Assembly: GCA_029717555.1 (NCBI GenBank)
Contig: JAMDHS010000068.1
Span: forward strand, 1 to 64,000
Length of the DNA: 64,000 bases
Reading direction: 5' to 3'
Source of the DNA: Peribolospora baueri
Lineage: Eukaryota
Shown here in pieces: positions 10,849 through 23,100 of this stretch. A program made the position numbers and the translations under genes. The notes under the pieces are model-generated. The model was not told the DNA's origin. It saw only the letters and a list, made by a program, of their open reading frames with translations, and did not search any database. Each line of letters starts with the position of its first letter. The first letter of the stretch is position 1.

Positions 10849-12605
10849 TCAGTCCTTCGTAACCATCGCTCGCTGTTCCTTGCGCAACTGAGCAATCTCT
10901 GCTCGGAGGGCTTTCAGCTCACTCAGGATCGTCGCCATGTCCTCTCCGGAAACGCCTGTCACGGCTCCGTCTTTTGTCGACCTAGCGTCGTCCTGGTCCT
11001 GGCCCTTGGCTGACTGCTTCTGCTGATGAGAGACAAGACATCAGAGGACGAGAGCAGATTGTCGAACACCGCTGAAACGTGGCACGGGTGCCCTCAGCTT
11101 GAACTATGAGGATACGCTGGTTACTCACGCCGGCTTGAGGCACCCTTTTCAGCAGGTCGTCCCACTTCACCCTGGTGATCCTCGGATGAGGCGCGCCCCC
11201 GGACGTGCCAACGTTCCCGTGGATGCTCGTCGTCGTAGTCGAAAGGCGTCTCCGGTTCCTCAACCGAGCTGCCATCCAAATCGTGCGCTCTCTCGGAACG
11301 TTCTGCCTCGTGGATGAGCATCGAAGCTTCTCGTGCCGAGCGAAGGCGAGGAGCGTCCCGGCGAGATTCGTAGAGCGCTTCGCGGAGAAAGTGGGTAAAG
11401 ACGTACTAACGCATAAGCTCACTTGTACTGGAGGCATCCAGCACTTTCCAAGCAGGAAATCAGGCTAATGCAGGAAAGACTTACCAATGATGCACAGGGG
11501 GATAAAAAAGACCACACTAGCACGTCCACAGGACTCATCGAGTCAGTGTCACCGCCGGGAATCAGGCAAACCTGCTACCAGCGAGGTCGAAGTCTCACCT
11601 CTGTACGACCTTGTTTAGTTTAGCATAAGCGTCACGAGGGATAATGAATTCCAACGGGACGATGAAGATGGCTGAACGGTTGGAAAAGCGCAAGTGTGGG
11701 AAACGTTACCGACCAACTCTTATCCCACCAGACCATCGTGAGAAGCTTACCTTCCAGCAAATTGAATGGCGGCAGATAGACGTATTGGTCGGGTGCCTGT
11801 TATTCGAAAGTCATGTGCATGTGAAAAAGTGAGCATGGCGCTGTCCAATCAGCTTTTCTTCGGCCAACACACTTAGGGCTATTTTGAGCACATGCAAGAA
11901 GGAGAAACGAACTCTGATAGCAGCGATCGTCTTATCAGTGAAGAAGACGAGAAACTCGTCGATGGCATTGTCCTCGACCTGTTGATAGGCACTGCCGAAG
12001 AAGGCGATGAGGATATTTACGAGGATAACTGTGTGATGGACGGGGTGAATGCAGAGGACCGCGGCGCGCTCAAAGTTGGACCTGACGCAGTAATGCTCAG
12101 ACAGAAGCAGTACATACTGGCAACGATGAAGACGTTGAGGTAGTATATGATAGCCCCTGTACAAGCATGTCTCGTTTAGACATCAGCCCGACATCCTCGA
12201 GCACCGGATGAGCGCGCGAAGAACGCTACAACACTCACCGAAAGGCTTCCCAAAGCCTTCCTCTCCAATGCTAACATCAGGCCCAGTGAGCAGAGCTTGG
12301 ATGAGAGCATTTACCACGCGACTCGTCTCCGTGATGTTGTTGTCCGCCGCGTCGAGGGAGAAAAGCGCTTGGGCGAAGCCTGTCAAATATACTCGTCAGT
12401 CTCGAGACACGATAGCACGTTCGTGCCTGCTCGGATTGAAACGTACCGATTTCCACAACGTTAAGCAGGGTGAAGAAGGTCGCAGCTGAGAAATGAACAA
12501 CAGCACCGGAGGTCAGCGACGGAAAATTAGGGTGGGCGTCGCATCTTCGTGTCCTCACTTTCTTTGAGCATCCTCAAGATGACGACTGACATGGAGCCCG
12601 CCCTG
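10849..12605 (-). pseudogene. C-terminal half of a Yvc1/TRPY1-like vacuolar cation channel; 5'-truncated with an apparent frameshift
   Basis: Spliced VVILRMLKE..FFTLL..GFAQALFSLDAAD..LLTGPD..ILVNILIAFFGSAY..FFTDKTIAAIR|APDQYVYLPPFNLLE..YAKLNKVVQ..LCIIALYES, plus a C-terminal coiled coil ILSELKALRAEIAQLR. The frame changes between DYDDE and ITRVKWDDLLKRVP, and there is no room upstream for the N-terminal half. Confidence 0.7.
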
Positions 12606-12697
12606 TCGGTGTCCTATCGAAGACCATACGGTCTGAGAGCGTGCTCGCGACGCTCGACGACGTTCGAGGAGGGCATGCATGTGTGATTTCACATATA

Positions 12698-12850
12698 CAA
12701 CTTTAACGTCAACAACGCCAGCCCCGACCTTTCAACTGGCTATGAGCTCACAATACCCGCTCGCGGTTTTTCTACGCCAGCGGGTATTGTGAGCTCATTG
12801 CAAGTTAAAAGGTCGGGGCTGGCGTTGTTGCGAGGCTGACGTCCAAGTTG
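12698..12850. repeat. long imperfect hairpin (52-bp arms with 3 mismatches, 17-nt loop, plus a 13-bp outer extension)
   Basis: 12710-12761 pairs with 12779-12830. caactttaacgtc (12698) pairs imperfectly with gacgtccaagttg (ending 12850) across a bulge. Confidence 0.9.
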
Positions 12851-13782
12851 CAGTGAGCAGTAAGATCAGGTAAGCCCTGCTACCAGATGTGATCTTGACT
12901 ATGGCTGATAGTATATAACGTGGAGTGTATTCATCAAGAGGGAGCGTGGGCGCAATGGTAGTACACAGGGGTAGTCGGGCCAAATTCCCACGGTATGCTA
13001 CCGTCTACGCGGTTTTACGTGAAATCACACATGTCAAGTGCTTGGGGGAGAGAAGGCGCGGGCGGATATTCGGTTTGATGCCTTCGGATGGTCGGAGCGC
13101 ACGTGCTAACGTTGCCTGCTGCGGTCACCGGCTGCGGTCTTGACAGCCGCTCGATCAGCGCGACTTGCCGTCTCGGTGGAGGTCGGATGACGTAACGTGT
13201 CTACGATTTGGGAAGCAGTGAAGGCACAACAGAGCGATCTCGTCGGCGCCTAGCGAGGAAGAGAGGGGGTGTTGGAGGAAGGATCGGAAGTTGTAGTCGA
13301 TGATAGAGCAGAATGAGCAGTCGGCCCTCGTCGGATCGGCTTTGACAGGCGGACCGCCGAACGGACAGAAGGTCGTCGAAAGTCAAACCTCACCAGCAGA
13401 TCGGAGCAGAGACGGTCGGTCTTGCATCAGCGAGCATAAATGCAAATTCCAATGGGCGATCTCATTATCCCTTCCTTCTACCTCCACCTCCATCCAACAA
13501 ACACCGTAAGTCGTCTTCCCAATGCGTCCACCTCTCCTTCTCCGCTCCTTCTTCCTCTCGCGCCCACACTCCCTCTTCCCCTCCCTCCCGCCGGCCGTCT
13601 TCCTCGCTGGCCCCGCGCACACGCTGACGACTGCCGCTTCGCCCGCCCGGGCCCTCTCTTCCCACTCGCTGCTCCCGCTGGCCCGCCTGTCCTCTCGCTC
13701 TGCGTCCACTGGCAACATCAACCGTCGGCATTCAAACGCCCTTCGATCTTCCAGCGACAGAACGCTTAAAAGGTACTTCGCC

Positions 13783-15110
13783 ATGGCCACCAACACGAAC
13801 AAGGGTTAGTGAGCAAGGGAACTCGTGAAAAAAGAGAGGAGGAAAGGAAGCAGGCAGAGAAGGAGCGAATCGACTTGCCGGTACTGATCCGACTCCAACT
13901 GTCCACCTCGTCGCACACAGCTTGCTGCACCATCCCTCCCGTGCGTCGCTCGCTCCACCACCATCGATCAGCGTCCGTCCCGATTATCGCACTCACATCG
14001 CACCCCACCTGACCGATGACCCCTGTCCCGTTCTCCCTCCCAGGTCCAGCACGACTACACCCCCAAGGGCAATTATGAGGAGGTCGCGGGTCTGAAGACG
14101 TACGTCCACGGCCCCGCCGACGCCAAGAAGGCGATCGTGTTCGTGTACGACATCTTCGGCTTCTTCCCGCAGACCCTCCAGGGCGCTGACATTGTCGCCG
14201 AGACGCTCAAGGCTAGGGTGGTGGGTAATCCTCATCTCAGAGACGGGCGCCGCTTCACCCTACTTCATACTGCCACTCGTCCGTCTCCGTCGTTCTCCAC
14301 CTCAGTACATGCCCGACTTTTTCCGCGGCAAGCCCTTCCCGATCGAGAATTTCCCTCCCAACACGCCGGAGAAGCAGCGAGAGCTCCAGAAGTGTGAGTA
14401 ACGCGGCCAGGCTCGTCGCGTCCCACCGATCGCTCATCGAATCCCATCCCGCTCCTCTCTTCTCACAACGGCGTCGCAGTCTTCGGCGACGCCGGCAACT
14501 TCCAAGCCCGCAAGCCCGAGGTGGACGCAGTGGCGTCGGAAGTACGCAAGCGTGGTGCCGAAAAGGCCGGCCTGGTCGGTTTCTGCTGGGGTGGTGAGTC
14601 GGTCGTGGCGGTGCTCGGCGACGTCGTTGTACTCTCCTGGGCCTCCACCGATTCCCTTTCGCTTGGCTGACCTTTTTTTTTCCCGTCTTCAAGGCAAGCT
14701 CACCGTCCAAGTGGGCGGCCAGTCCCCGTGCCCAGTCGACGCCGTGGCCCAAGTCCACCCGGCCATGCTGGACCACAACGACGCGAAGAAGCTGCAGGTG
14801 CCTATCGCCAGCTTCCCGTCGAAGGACGAGCCGAAGGACGAGTTTGCAAAGTTTGAGGCAGAGGTTAAGAAGTTGCCCATTGCGTCCAAGAGCGTGTCCA
14901 AGGTCTACGGTGCGTCTCCATGCCTTCCTTCCTTCGCCCCGGTTTGGCTGGCTGAATCTGACGAAGACGTTCCTTCTCCCCCGCCTTGGCGTAGACAACG
15001 TCTGGCACGGCTTCGCAGCCGCACGGGCAGACCTAAAGAACGAAGAGTGCGTGGCCGCTTACAAGGACGTCTACCAGCGCCTCGTCGAATTTTTCGAAAA
15101 GGCGCTCTGA
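13783..15110 (+). CDS. dienelactone hydrolase family (AIM2-like) alpha/beta hydrolase; possible longer isoform from ATG 13522
   Basis: MATNTNK|ACCTIPP|VQHDYTPKG..LKTYVHGP..VYDIFGFFPQTLQGAD..MPDFF..GLVGFCWG (nucleophile Cys)..VHPAML..PSKDEP..WHGFAAARADL. Confidence 0.9.
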
Positions 15111-15315
15111 TGAGCGAGATGACGGCCCTCCTCGCCCCAGTTCCTTTCCCTTGCTTTCCTTGGATTGCATTCCCTTCGAGGCCCCCTCGTCCCAATTTGC
15201 TGTTCCGGGTCCAGTCCAGTCTCGTCTCTACAACAACCGATGAAATCGAGAGAAAAAATAGTGTTTTTTTTTCTCGTTCTCTCTTTGCATATGCAAGTTC
15301 CGAGCGAGCTCTTTC

Positions 15316-15645
15316 GATCAGTCAAGTCAGTCAGTTAGTCCAGTCCAGTCCAAGTAAAAGTCCAGTCAGTCAGTTGGTCAGTGAACGGCAGGGTAGGCGA
15401 CAGGACAAGGCGGTCAGGATGGCTTTGCTGTGTGTTGCTGCTGGACGCCTAGTGCTGTGCGCGGGCCGTCGTCGAGGTGAAGGGAAGGGCTAGGAAGGGC
15501 TATTCGTTCGCTCCCTCTCTCTCTCATCTCATCTCGTCTCATCTCGTCTCATCTCATCTTAGGTGACGGTTGGTTGGTAGAGATAGACGGGCGAGGTGCG
15601 CCTTCGGGATAGATGGGAATGGATTGAATGGATTGGATTGGATTG
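15316..15645. repeat. cluster of simple repeats ((CAGT)n-like, (TCTCA)n, (GGATT)n) between convergent genes
   Basis: Visible short tandem motifs in the shared 3' intergenic region. Confidence 0.7.
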
Positions 15646-16040
15646 AAACGGCAAACAAGACGGAGAGGGAGAGAGGTAGCTAGCTAGTTAGAAGCAGTAT
15701 GGTATCAATGTTCAGTTTTGCGATGCGAAACGAACGATGAACGAACGATGAAATGGAATGACGATGGACGATGAAATGGAGGGACGGAGGGAGAGTGGAG
15801 ATGTCGAGCGAGCGAGCAAAAGAGAATACGAGGAAGGGTGCGATGAGCCGATGAACAGATGCAATGATGCACGGAGGACCAGTCAGGGAACGGCATCGAG
15901 CGTGCGAGCTTTCGAAGAGGAGGGGATGCTGAGAAGAGCGAGGAGGCGACGAGCAGAGAAAGGGAAAGCGTTGTGGCCGGATGGCCTCGACATCGAGACG
16001 ACACGCCGCCGACCGGCCGGTCGTCTGAAGCGAGCGAGTA

Positions 16041-18142
16041 TCACCGACGACCGCGGCCATCCTCATTAGCCCACCTCGTCCTCTCCGACCTCTCCGACCT
16101 CTCCGACCTCTCCGGACTGACGACGGTACTAGCGGTGCCGACGCTTAAGCGGGACGAGAACCGAGGGACGGCGGTAGATGGCGAGGGCTCGAAGAGGTGG
16201 GAGAGGGCGGTGAGGGATGGGGCGAGGTGGGCGAGGAGGGCTCGGGCCTGGAGACGAGGTGTGCGACGTGTGGACAAAGGAATCCATCAGCTCGTCGGGA
16301 AGAAAACAAGGCGGCGAAAAAAAGGCCGAAGCGGGGCTGCTCACCTTGGCATGCAAGACGCCCCACTCCGTCTTTTCGTCGGAGTTGAGCACGAGGATCA
16401 TGAACGGGTTCGGAGCGGTGAGCGTGCCGAGTCTGCCTTCCATACTCGCGCTCCCTTGCGTCCAGGCGCCCGCGCTTGCGCCCGTCGCAGACGCCGGCGA
16501 GTCTCCGACGGACGCTCGAGAAGGCGAGGCAGACGGCGTACCGCGTCTGGACGGCGCTTGTGATCCTGGGCGCGATGGTGGTGGGGTCGGGTGGGGCGTG
16601 GAGGCGTTGGAAGACGACGAGCGAGAAGCGGCGGAGACCGGGGCGGAGACGGGAGCGGGGCGAGGTGGTGGTAAGACGGGAAGAACGAGGATGCGGCCGA
16701 GCTGGGCGCATGAAAGGGACACGCGCGATACGACATGGTTGTGAGCCAGCCACGAACCGAGAAACACGAACGGACGGCCCTGGGCGCGACGACTCACCTC
16801 GCATTCGATAAGCAACGGCACGATCAATCCCTTTGCGCGTCCCCTCTCGATTCTCACCCCCGTTTGGCCCCTAAAATCGGCCGGCATCATAGCCGTCCTT
16901 GCCGGCGCGGCCCCTCCGGCCGTCGGCGCGGCTCCCTCTCCCTCACCCATGGCGACACCGTCAGCGGCGGCGAGCTTAGCACCCACCTCGGCCATCTCCT
17001 CCTTCCACGCCTGACTGGCCACGGCTGCGAGCACGCGAACCCTCTCTTGCCCGAGAAGACTGGAAGAAGGGCGCGATCCGCCTATAGGCTGGGAGAACAT
17101 GAGACCTTGGCCAACCCTGGGCGTGTCCTTCTTCTCGCCGTCTTTGCCCTTCCCTGCCGTTCTCCCAGGCAAGTCGGCGACGACACCGGCCCTAGCCTTT
17201 CCCTTGCCCTTGCCCTTGCCCTCACCCTCACCCACGCCCACGCCCTCGCCCTCGCCCTCGCCCTCGCCCTCGCCCTCGCCCTCTTCTCCACCCCCGACTG
17301 CATCCTCCATGAGGCACAACCTGGCATCGTACTGACTGTCATAAGCATATACCTCGCCGCCACGCATCATGACGAGGGCGGCGGTATGCAAGCCCAATGG
17401 CGGCGGTGTCTCCCTGGCGGACGGCCGGGTGAGCTTGGCTAGGAGCTTGGTGACGGCGGCTGGACGGAGCATGATGGGCGGGGGGATCTGGGTAAAAGGG
17501 TCGTCGTGTTCGGCGCGGGAATTGGGGCCGAATGAATGGACACGAGGAGCTTCGGGGTCGGCGAGCAAGACGGCCGGGATCGGGGTTCTGGGCTTTGTGT
17601 TGTATAACTCGCGTTCAATCGAGGATGGGAAGTACGAGCTTTGGCTTTCGCTGGGACGTCGATGGACGATGTTGGCGGCGGAGCGAGAGCAAAAGGGCAA
17701 GTCGGGGAAGATGGGCGAGGCGTCGAAGAAGGTTTGTTTGGGCGAACGGGAAGGGGGGCGATGGTGGAGGGGAGGGGAGACAAAGAAGGACGCTACGGAG
17801 GGCGAGCGAGTGGTCGAGGTCGAGGTGGAGGAGCCTTTGGAGATAAATGAAGCGGTGGACGAGGACGAGGCGGCGGGGATGAGAGTGTTGGAGAAAGTGG
17901 AACGCGGTCGTTGTGGGCTGGGAACGAGAAGAGGGGAGGAGGGAGGAGGAGCGAAGAAAGGTGTCGAAGGAGACTTGAATGGTGGTGGTGGAGTTGCTGC
18001 GGCCGGGGATGATTGTGGGTGTTCTTGTTCTTGTTCTTGGCGGAGTGATCGACGCGCGCGAGAGTCGTCGTTGTCATTGTCGTTATCCTCCTCGTCCTCT
18101 TTCTCCTCGGCCGTCGATCTTTTATTACGTTCTACTTGTAAG

Positions 18143-18173
<31 letters not shown>

Positions 18174-18309
18174 TGCTGTCGCTGGTCATCATAGCGCCCG
18201 CTCGAGTGTTAGCCAGGTCACGTGGTCTCGTCGAGAAAGCCTCCGTGGCGGGTGCAGGCTGGTCGACGTCGGGCTGTTGTTCGGAGGGCGGCTCGGAGCC
18301 GTGACCCAT
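16041..18309 (-). CDS. LAMTOR2 (Ragulator p14 / Roadblock-LC7 fold) homologue with large low-complexity insertions and a long N-terminal extension
   Basis: The segments MLRPAAVTKLLAKLT (ATG 17472), LHTAALVMMRGGEVYAY, RVRVLAAVASQAW, LLIECE|LGRILVLPV and FMILVLNSDEKTEWGVLHAK|ARALLAHLAPSL occur in the same order as LAMTOR2 motifs (MLRPKALT..LLL..GSLLAY..RVTAAIASNIW..MDC..GRVAI..GMLKAKAQALVQYL). Introns at 16797-16702 and 16344-16248. Confidence 0.7.
17200..17283. repeat. (GCCCTC/GCCCTT)n coding microsatellite giving (GE)n/(GK)n on the minus strand
   Basis: Hexamer tandem array inside the LAMTOR2-like ORF. Confidence 0.9.
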
Positions 18310-18635
18310 TATTGGTCTGCTTTGTTTGTCTCTTTCTTCTCTCTCCAATGGAGGAGGGATGGGCTGGCGAGAGAGGGTGAAAGGAGGGAGCCAAGGCGAA
18401 GGAGGGAGGGTGGAAGGAGGGTGGCGGCGAGGAGAGGAGACGAGTGTATATTATATACTCGCCGCCCCTGGTGTCCGTCGGACGCTCTCCATTCTTTTGT
18501 ATTGGTTTGTTTTCATTTCCTTTCACCCTTCCTTCGATCCGCCGTGGCCGTGGCCGATGACGGAGGGATGGACGGTAGGTAGAGCGGACGACCGGAACGG
18601 GATAGGAGAGATGAAGATGGAGTCTCCGTGTCCAC

Positions 18636-18636
<1 letters not shown>

Positions 18637-18687
<51 letters not shown>
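18637..18687. repeat. (GCCGTC)n microsatellite in the intergenic region
   Basis: About 8 hexamer units. Confidence 0.9.
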
Positions 18688-18688
<1 letters not shown>

Positions 18689-20188
18689 CTTTTCTGGAGC
18701 GGGAGTTGTGTTGTGGGTGTCGGTGTCGACCGTCTAGCGGATTGACAATAGCTTGGTAAACGCGTCCACTTAGACAGACGGCCACAGCCGACCTCGGTTG
18801 AGCGATTTCGATGTCGACCTCGGCCTGTACGGTGGTCGGACGAGACGCCGTCTGGTCTGGTCTGGTCGGGACGATGCCGCGACGGACAGACCGGCGCGAC
18901 AAACGGCCAGCGAGTGTGGAGCGGAGAGCCGGACGTGGACCGACGGACGGACGTGGACCGACGGACGGACGTGGCTGTTGACGTTGCCCCTCCAGCCGCA
19001 CTCGCACCAGCGCGACCCACCTCGACTCCGACCCGACCTTGCCGCGGCGAGGCGAGGCGAGGCGAGCTTGATGGCGATTGAGTCGTTGGCGAACGTGTCG
19101 TTAGTCGTTGGCGACCGTGGCCGTCGCCGTGGCACGCGCATGTCAATGTCATGTCATGGGTCGTGTGAGCCAGCGAGCGACCGACGCGACGCGACTGCTC
19201 CTCGTTCACGGCACATGCCAGTGTCGTATGTCCGTCTCCCTCTCCCTCTCCCTCTCCCGTGTCCTCCAGCGACGGAGAACGCGCACGGGCCATCGCTACC
19301 CCGGCTCGTGCGCCCGGCCGACAAACAGAACCACTCGTCTCGATCATCGGCCCTGGCGACGCGACGCGGGCGCGAATTTGAATCGCATCGCGCCTTGGCC
19401 TTGGCCCGACCATGCTCGCCTCGTCGTACCCCCTAGCACACCTCGCATGTTACGTTGTCCGAGCCACTCCGATAAACTCGCCGCGAGCCCGCTCCATGGC
19501 TTCTACACGCCGCCTTCCACGACGTCACCCACGTTGACCAGAGGCCGCGGACGCGGACGCCGACACGGACAGGGACATGGACCGGCCGTCCTTCCATCCG
19601 AGTTTCGCCAAGTAGGCCGGCGGGCAGCGGGCGGGCCGTCTCTCGCCGGCTCCACGTTGTCCAAATCCTATCCCTCTATCCCGCACCATGCCTTATTCCA
19701 GTCAGAAAGAAGTACGCGAAAGCGGTCCTGCGCGCACGTGAACACGGCATCACGTGCCCGAGATCATAATCATGAGATCGTTCGCGTTCGTCGACTCCGA
19801 TTCCCCAAATGTACGCGATGGCGGCGGAGCATGCGCATGACGCGATATTCGATAAGGGATATCACCGTGAGTATCCCTCGTCAGCGGCCAGTCGGCTCTC
19901 GAGGAAGGTTGTACATTAGACGATCTTCCTGCAGTCGAGTGGGAAAGTGCAATACAGGGAGAGACTTGAGGTGAGTGTGTGTGTGAAAGAGGGAGAGACG
20001 GGCGAGCGGCTGCGGTGCGCGGCGTCACCACCCCATCCCGGCAATGGCCTCCGATCACAGGCGTCCTTCCATGCGCTCCATATTCCTCCCTTCGCCCTCC
20101 GCAGTCCTTCTCTCTCTTCCTCCGTTCACCATCCCATCCCCGAGCTCACCGAGAGCTCTCGAAATACACAAACCATAAGGTTGTTCAG

Positions 20189-23100
20189 ATGGACAGGTGC
20201 GTTTCTCCTATCGGCCCTCCGAGGCCTCCCCACGGACACGGCACCATGCCGGCTCCCCATCGAAGGAAGCTCACCCCGCCCGCTGCCCACTGCCCCGTCC
20301 GCCGGAATTAGCCTAGATACCCCATTGCACCAGCTCATCCTCAACGACCTCGCCACCAACGTTGCTGAGGACCCTTGCGCCGCTCATGAAGATGTTTGTC
20401 TCATCACTGACGCTGCCGGGCCTTCTAAACGGAAGGTCGAGCGGGCGTCTAAGGGGGGGCCTAAGACGGTGATGGTGAGTCGCTCTAGCGGTCCAGCGGT
20501 CCAAGACGCCGCGAAGGGGCGCACCATCTCACTCTTTTCATTTTCCTCCTTTCCTTCCCTCCGACGCACCATGTCCCGCACCTCTTTCCATTCTCTACCT
20601 TCCCTCCCCCCCCCCAGGCCGCCGCGCTCGTGCGCTCCAACATCGCCTTCTGTCTCTCCGCCTCCTCCCTCTTCGCCCGCATTTCCCCTTCCTCCTCCGC
20701 CGACGCCCACCCGCACCTCGAACCCCTCCTTCGAACCCTCTCCTCCCTCCTCGTCTCCCTCCCCTCCACCGCCTTTGAAGAGGCCGTCGGCACATGGGGC
20801 GCCGAGTGGTGTCTCCCCGACCAGCTTGCCTTTGCCGTCACGGCCGCCCTCATCAGGGTCGCTGATAGGGCGCCTTGGTGGAGGGCTGACGCGCTGGAGA
20901 GCATCTTTGGGTTTTTACACCAAGTCGGAGACGGTCTCCGCGGCAATGATGGTGGGTTGGAACGTGTTGTGTCATGTCGTTCGGTCGCCCACCCTCCCCT
21001 TCTTTCTTCTATCCCGCATTCTCTTTCTACTCCTAGCGCACCGCATCACCACCGCCCACGTCCCTCTCTTCCACGGCTTCTACCGCGCTATCACCTCCGT
21101 TCCCTTTGCCTGGTCGCTCTCCGAGTTTGGCCGCATCATCGACCTCACCAAGCCCCTCCTCGAACCCAAGCGCGTCGCTAGGCTCGACTCGATGCTCCTC
21201 CTTCAGCAGCCTCTCTCTTCCCGTTCCTTCGGAGGAGCCGCAGAGACCGTCGACGGCGGTCCTAGCGGAGCTGCTGCAGCGGCAGACGAGGAGCGAGAGG
21301 AAGAAGAAGAGGAGGACCGTCGGATTTACCGCTCCAACCTTCTCGCCAGATACCGCGCCCTTGGCCGTCCTCTCTCTGGCCACTTTGTCCTTTGCGGTCT
21401 CGTCGAGACCTGGTCTACCGTCCTCGCCCAGGCCCTCGTCGACGGGGAGAACGTCCAACGCGCCCTTTCCGCTCCTCTAGATCGACCTGAGCCCGGCCCG
21501 GGCATGCCCCTCTCTCCCAGCGCCGAGCCCTTCACTCCCTTGGGCCTTAGCGCCGTCTCGCCCGCCCCTCAAGATTCGTACTTCCCCATCTCCCCTTCCT
21601 CCACCACCCCATCCGCTTCCCACTTTCCGCCCCCAGCCCTCGCCGCCTCCCTCTCATGGAGCCGCCTGCTCGCCTCCCCCGCCCCGCTCATCACCCAGCA
21701 CGCGCCCGAATCGGTGGTGACGACGAACACGATGAAGGAGATCAAACACGCTCTCAAAGACGTCCAGGACGCCGTGCTGAGCGCCTTTGAGGAGCTTCTC
21801 GAGTTTGTCGAAAACGTGGTTGGGTTCTCCCCTTCTGCCCCTGGACTCGGCGTTGGCGTAGGCGTCGCCGGATGGGATGGCCTTGGGGCCGGCGCGGACG
21901 TGGCCGGCGATGTTTATCCTTTAGAGATTATGAGCGAGAGTTTGGTGAGCGCCCCGTTCGTTCTTCCTCTCCTCCGTCCGTCCGTCTCGACTGACGCTCG
22001 AGCCTCTTGGGGACCTTGTCCTTCGTCGACCGCTGATGGACGCCCTCCACGTCCGCGTTCTCCCCCCGCCTCCTTCCCTCCACATCCGTCCCGCCTTCCG
22101 CAAAGAAACTCGCCGCGCTCTGCTCGGTGACTCTTCGCACCGCCGACAGCGAGCTGATGACGCGCATAAGGCTCCTCCTCAGCGAAAACGCGCCCGTGTA
22201 TGACGTTGTCGTTCAGGGTGCTGCGCTGCAGGCCGTCAACCTGGTCGTGCTCAAGTGCGTTTCAGTCTTCGTCTTATTTTCCTTTTGTCCGTCCGTCCGT
22301 TGAGCTGCTCGTGCCCGTCTCCCCATCCTTCTGTCCGCCGCGCCTCCACCCTCCCCCCCCCTCCCGCGGCCATGCATACAGTTTCCCCACCCTCGCCATG
22401 CCCATGACCCAACACCTCCGCCGCTTCGCCACTTCGCCCTTACCCATCTTTGAGACAGATCCGGCTACGGGCACTTACACACCGCCGCTTTTGACCGTTG
22501 CTGCCAAGTGTCTTGCCCGATGTGTCAAGGTGAGCGACCAACTGGCCTTTTTTTTTTTTCTCTTTCGTTCATGTCATCCCGTCGACCGACTTTGCGTCAT
22601 TTTTATTTCCCCCCCGCGTCGTTTTTTAATCCCTCCCCCCCCCCCTTTTCGACGACGAAGATCGCCCCCGGCGACGACCTAATGATGTCGACGATGTATT
22701 CGCTCCTCAACTACCTCTCCAAAGACGTCCAAGGCGGCAGCAGCGCCAGCGGCGCCACCACCTCTTCGATCGCCAGCGCCGGACTGAGCGCCAGTGCCTC
22801 CACCGCCTTCAACCCCACCGCCTCTGTTCAAACCGGCTCCTCACCTTCCAGTACCGGCCATGGGCATTTGCAGACGGACGACCAGAAGAGGCAGGTCCAA
22901 ATTAGCACCGTCAGCCTTGTTTCCGCCCTCGCTCTCGAGTTTGGCAATGACGAGGTGAGAAGATCTTTTTTTTTTCCCGACCTCTTGGTTCGGTTCGCTC
23001 CTCTCGGCTTTTTTTATTTACCTTGTGACGCGTGGATGATACGACGCCGCTTCCACTTCCGCCGCAGATCATCATGCTGGCCATCTCGATGCTCCTCCAG

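Noticed and set aside
18400..20100. Several long ORFs (200-300 aa) on both strands
   Set aside because: They are GC-rich, microsatellite-driven open frames in the divergent promoter/UTR region and have no recognisable motifs.
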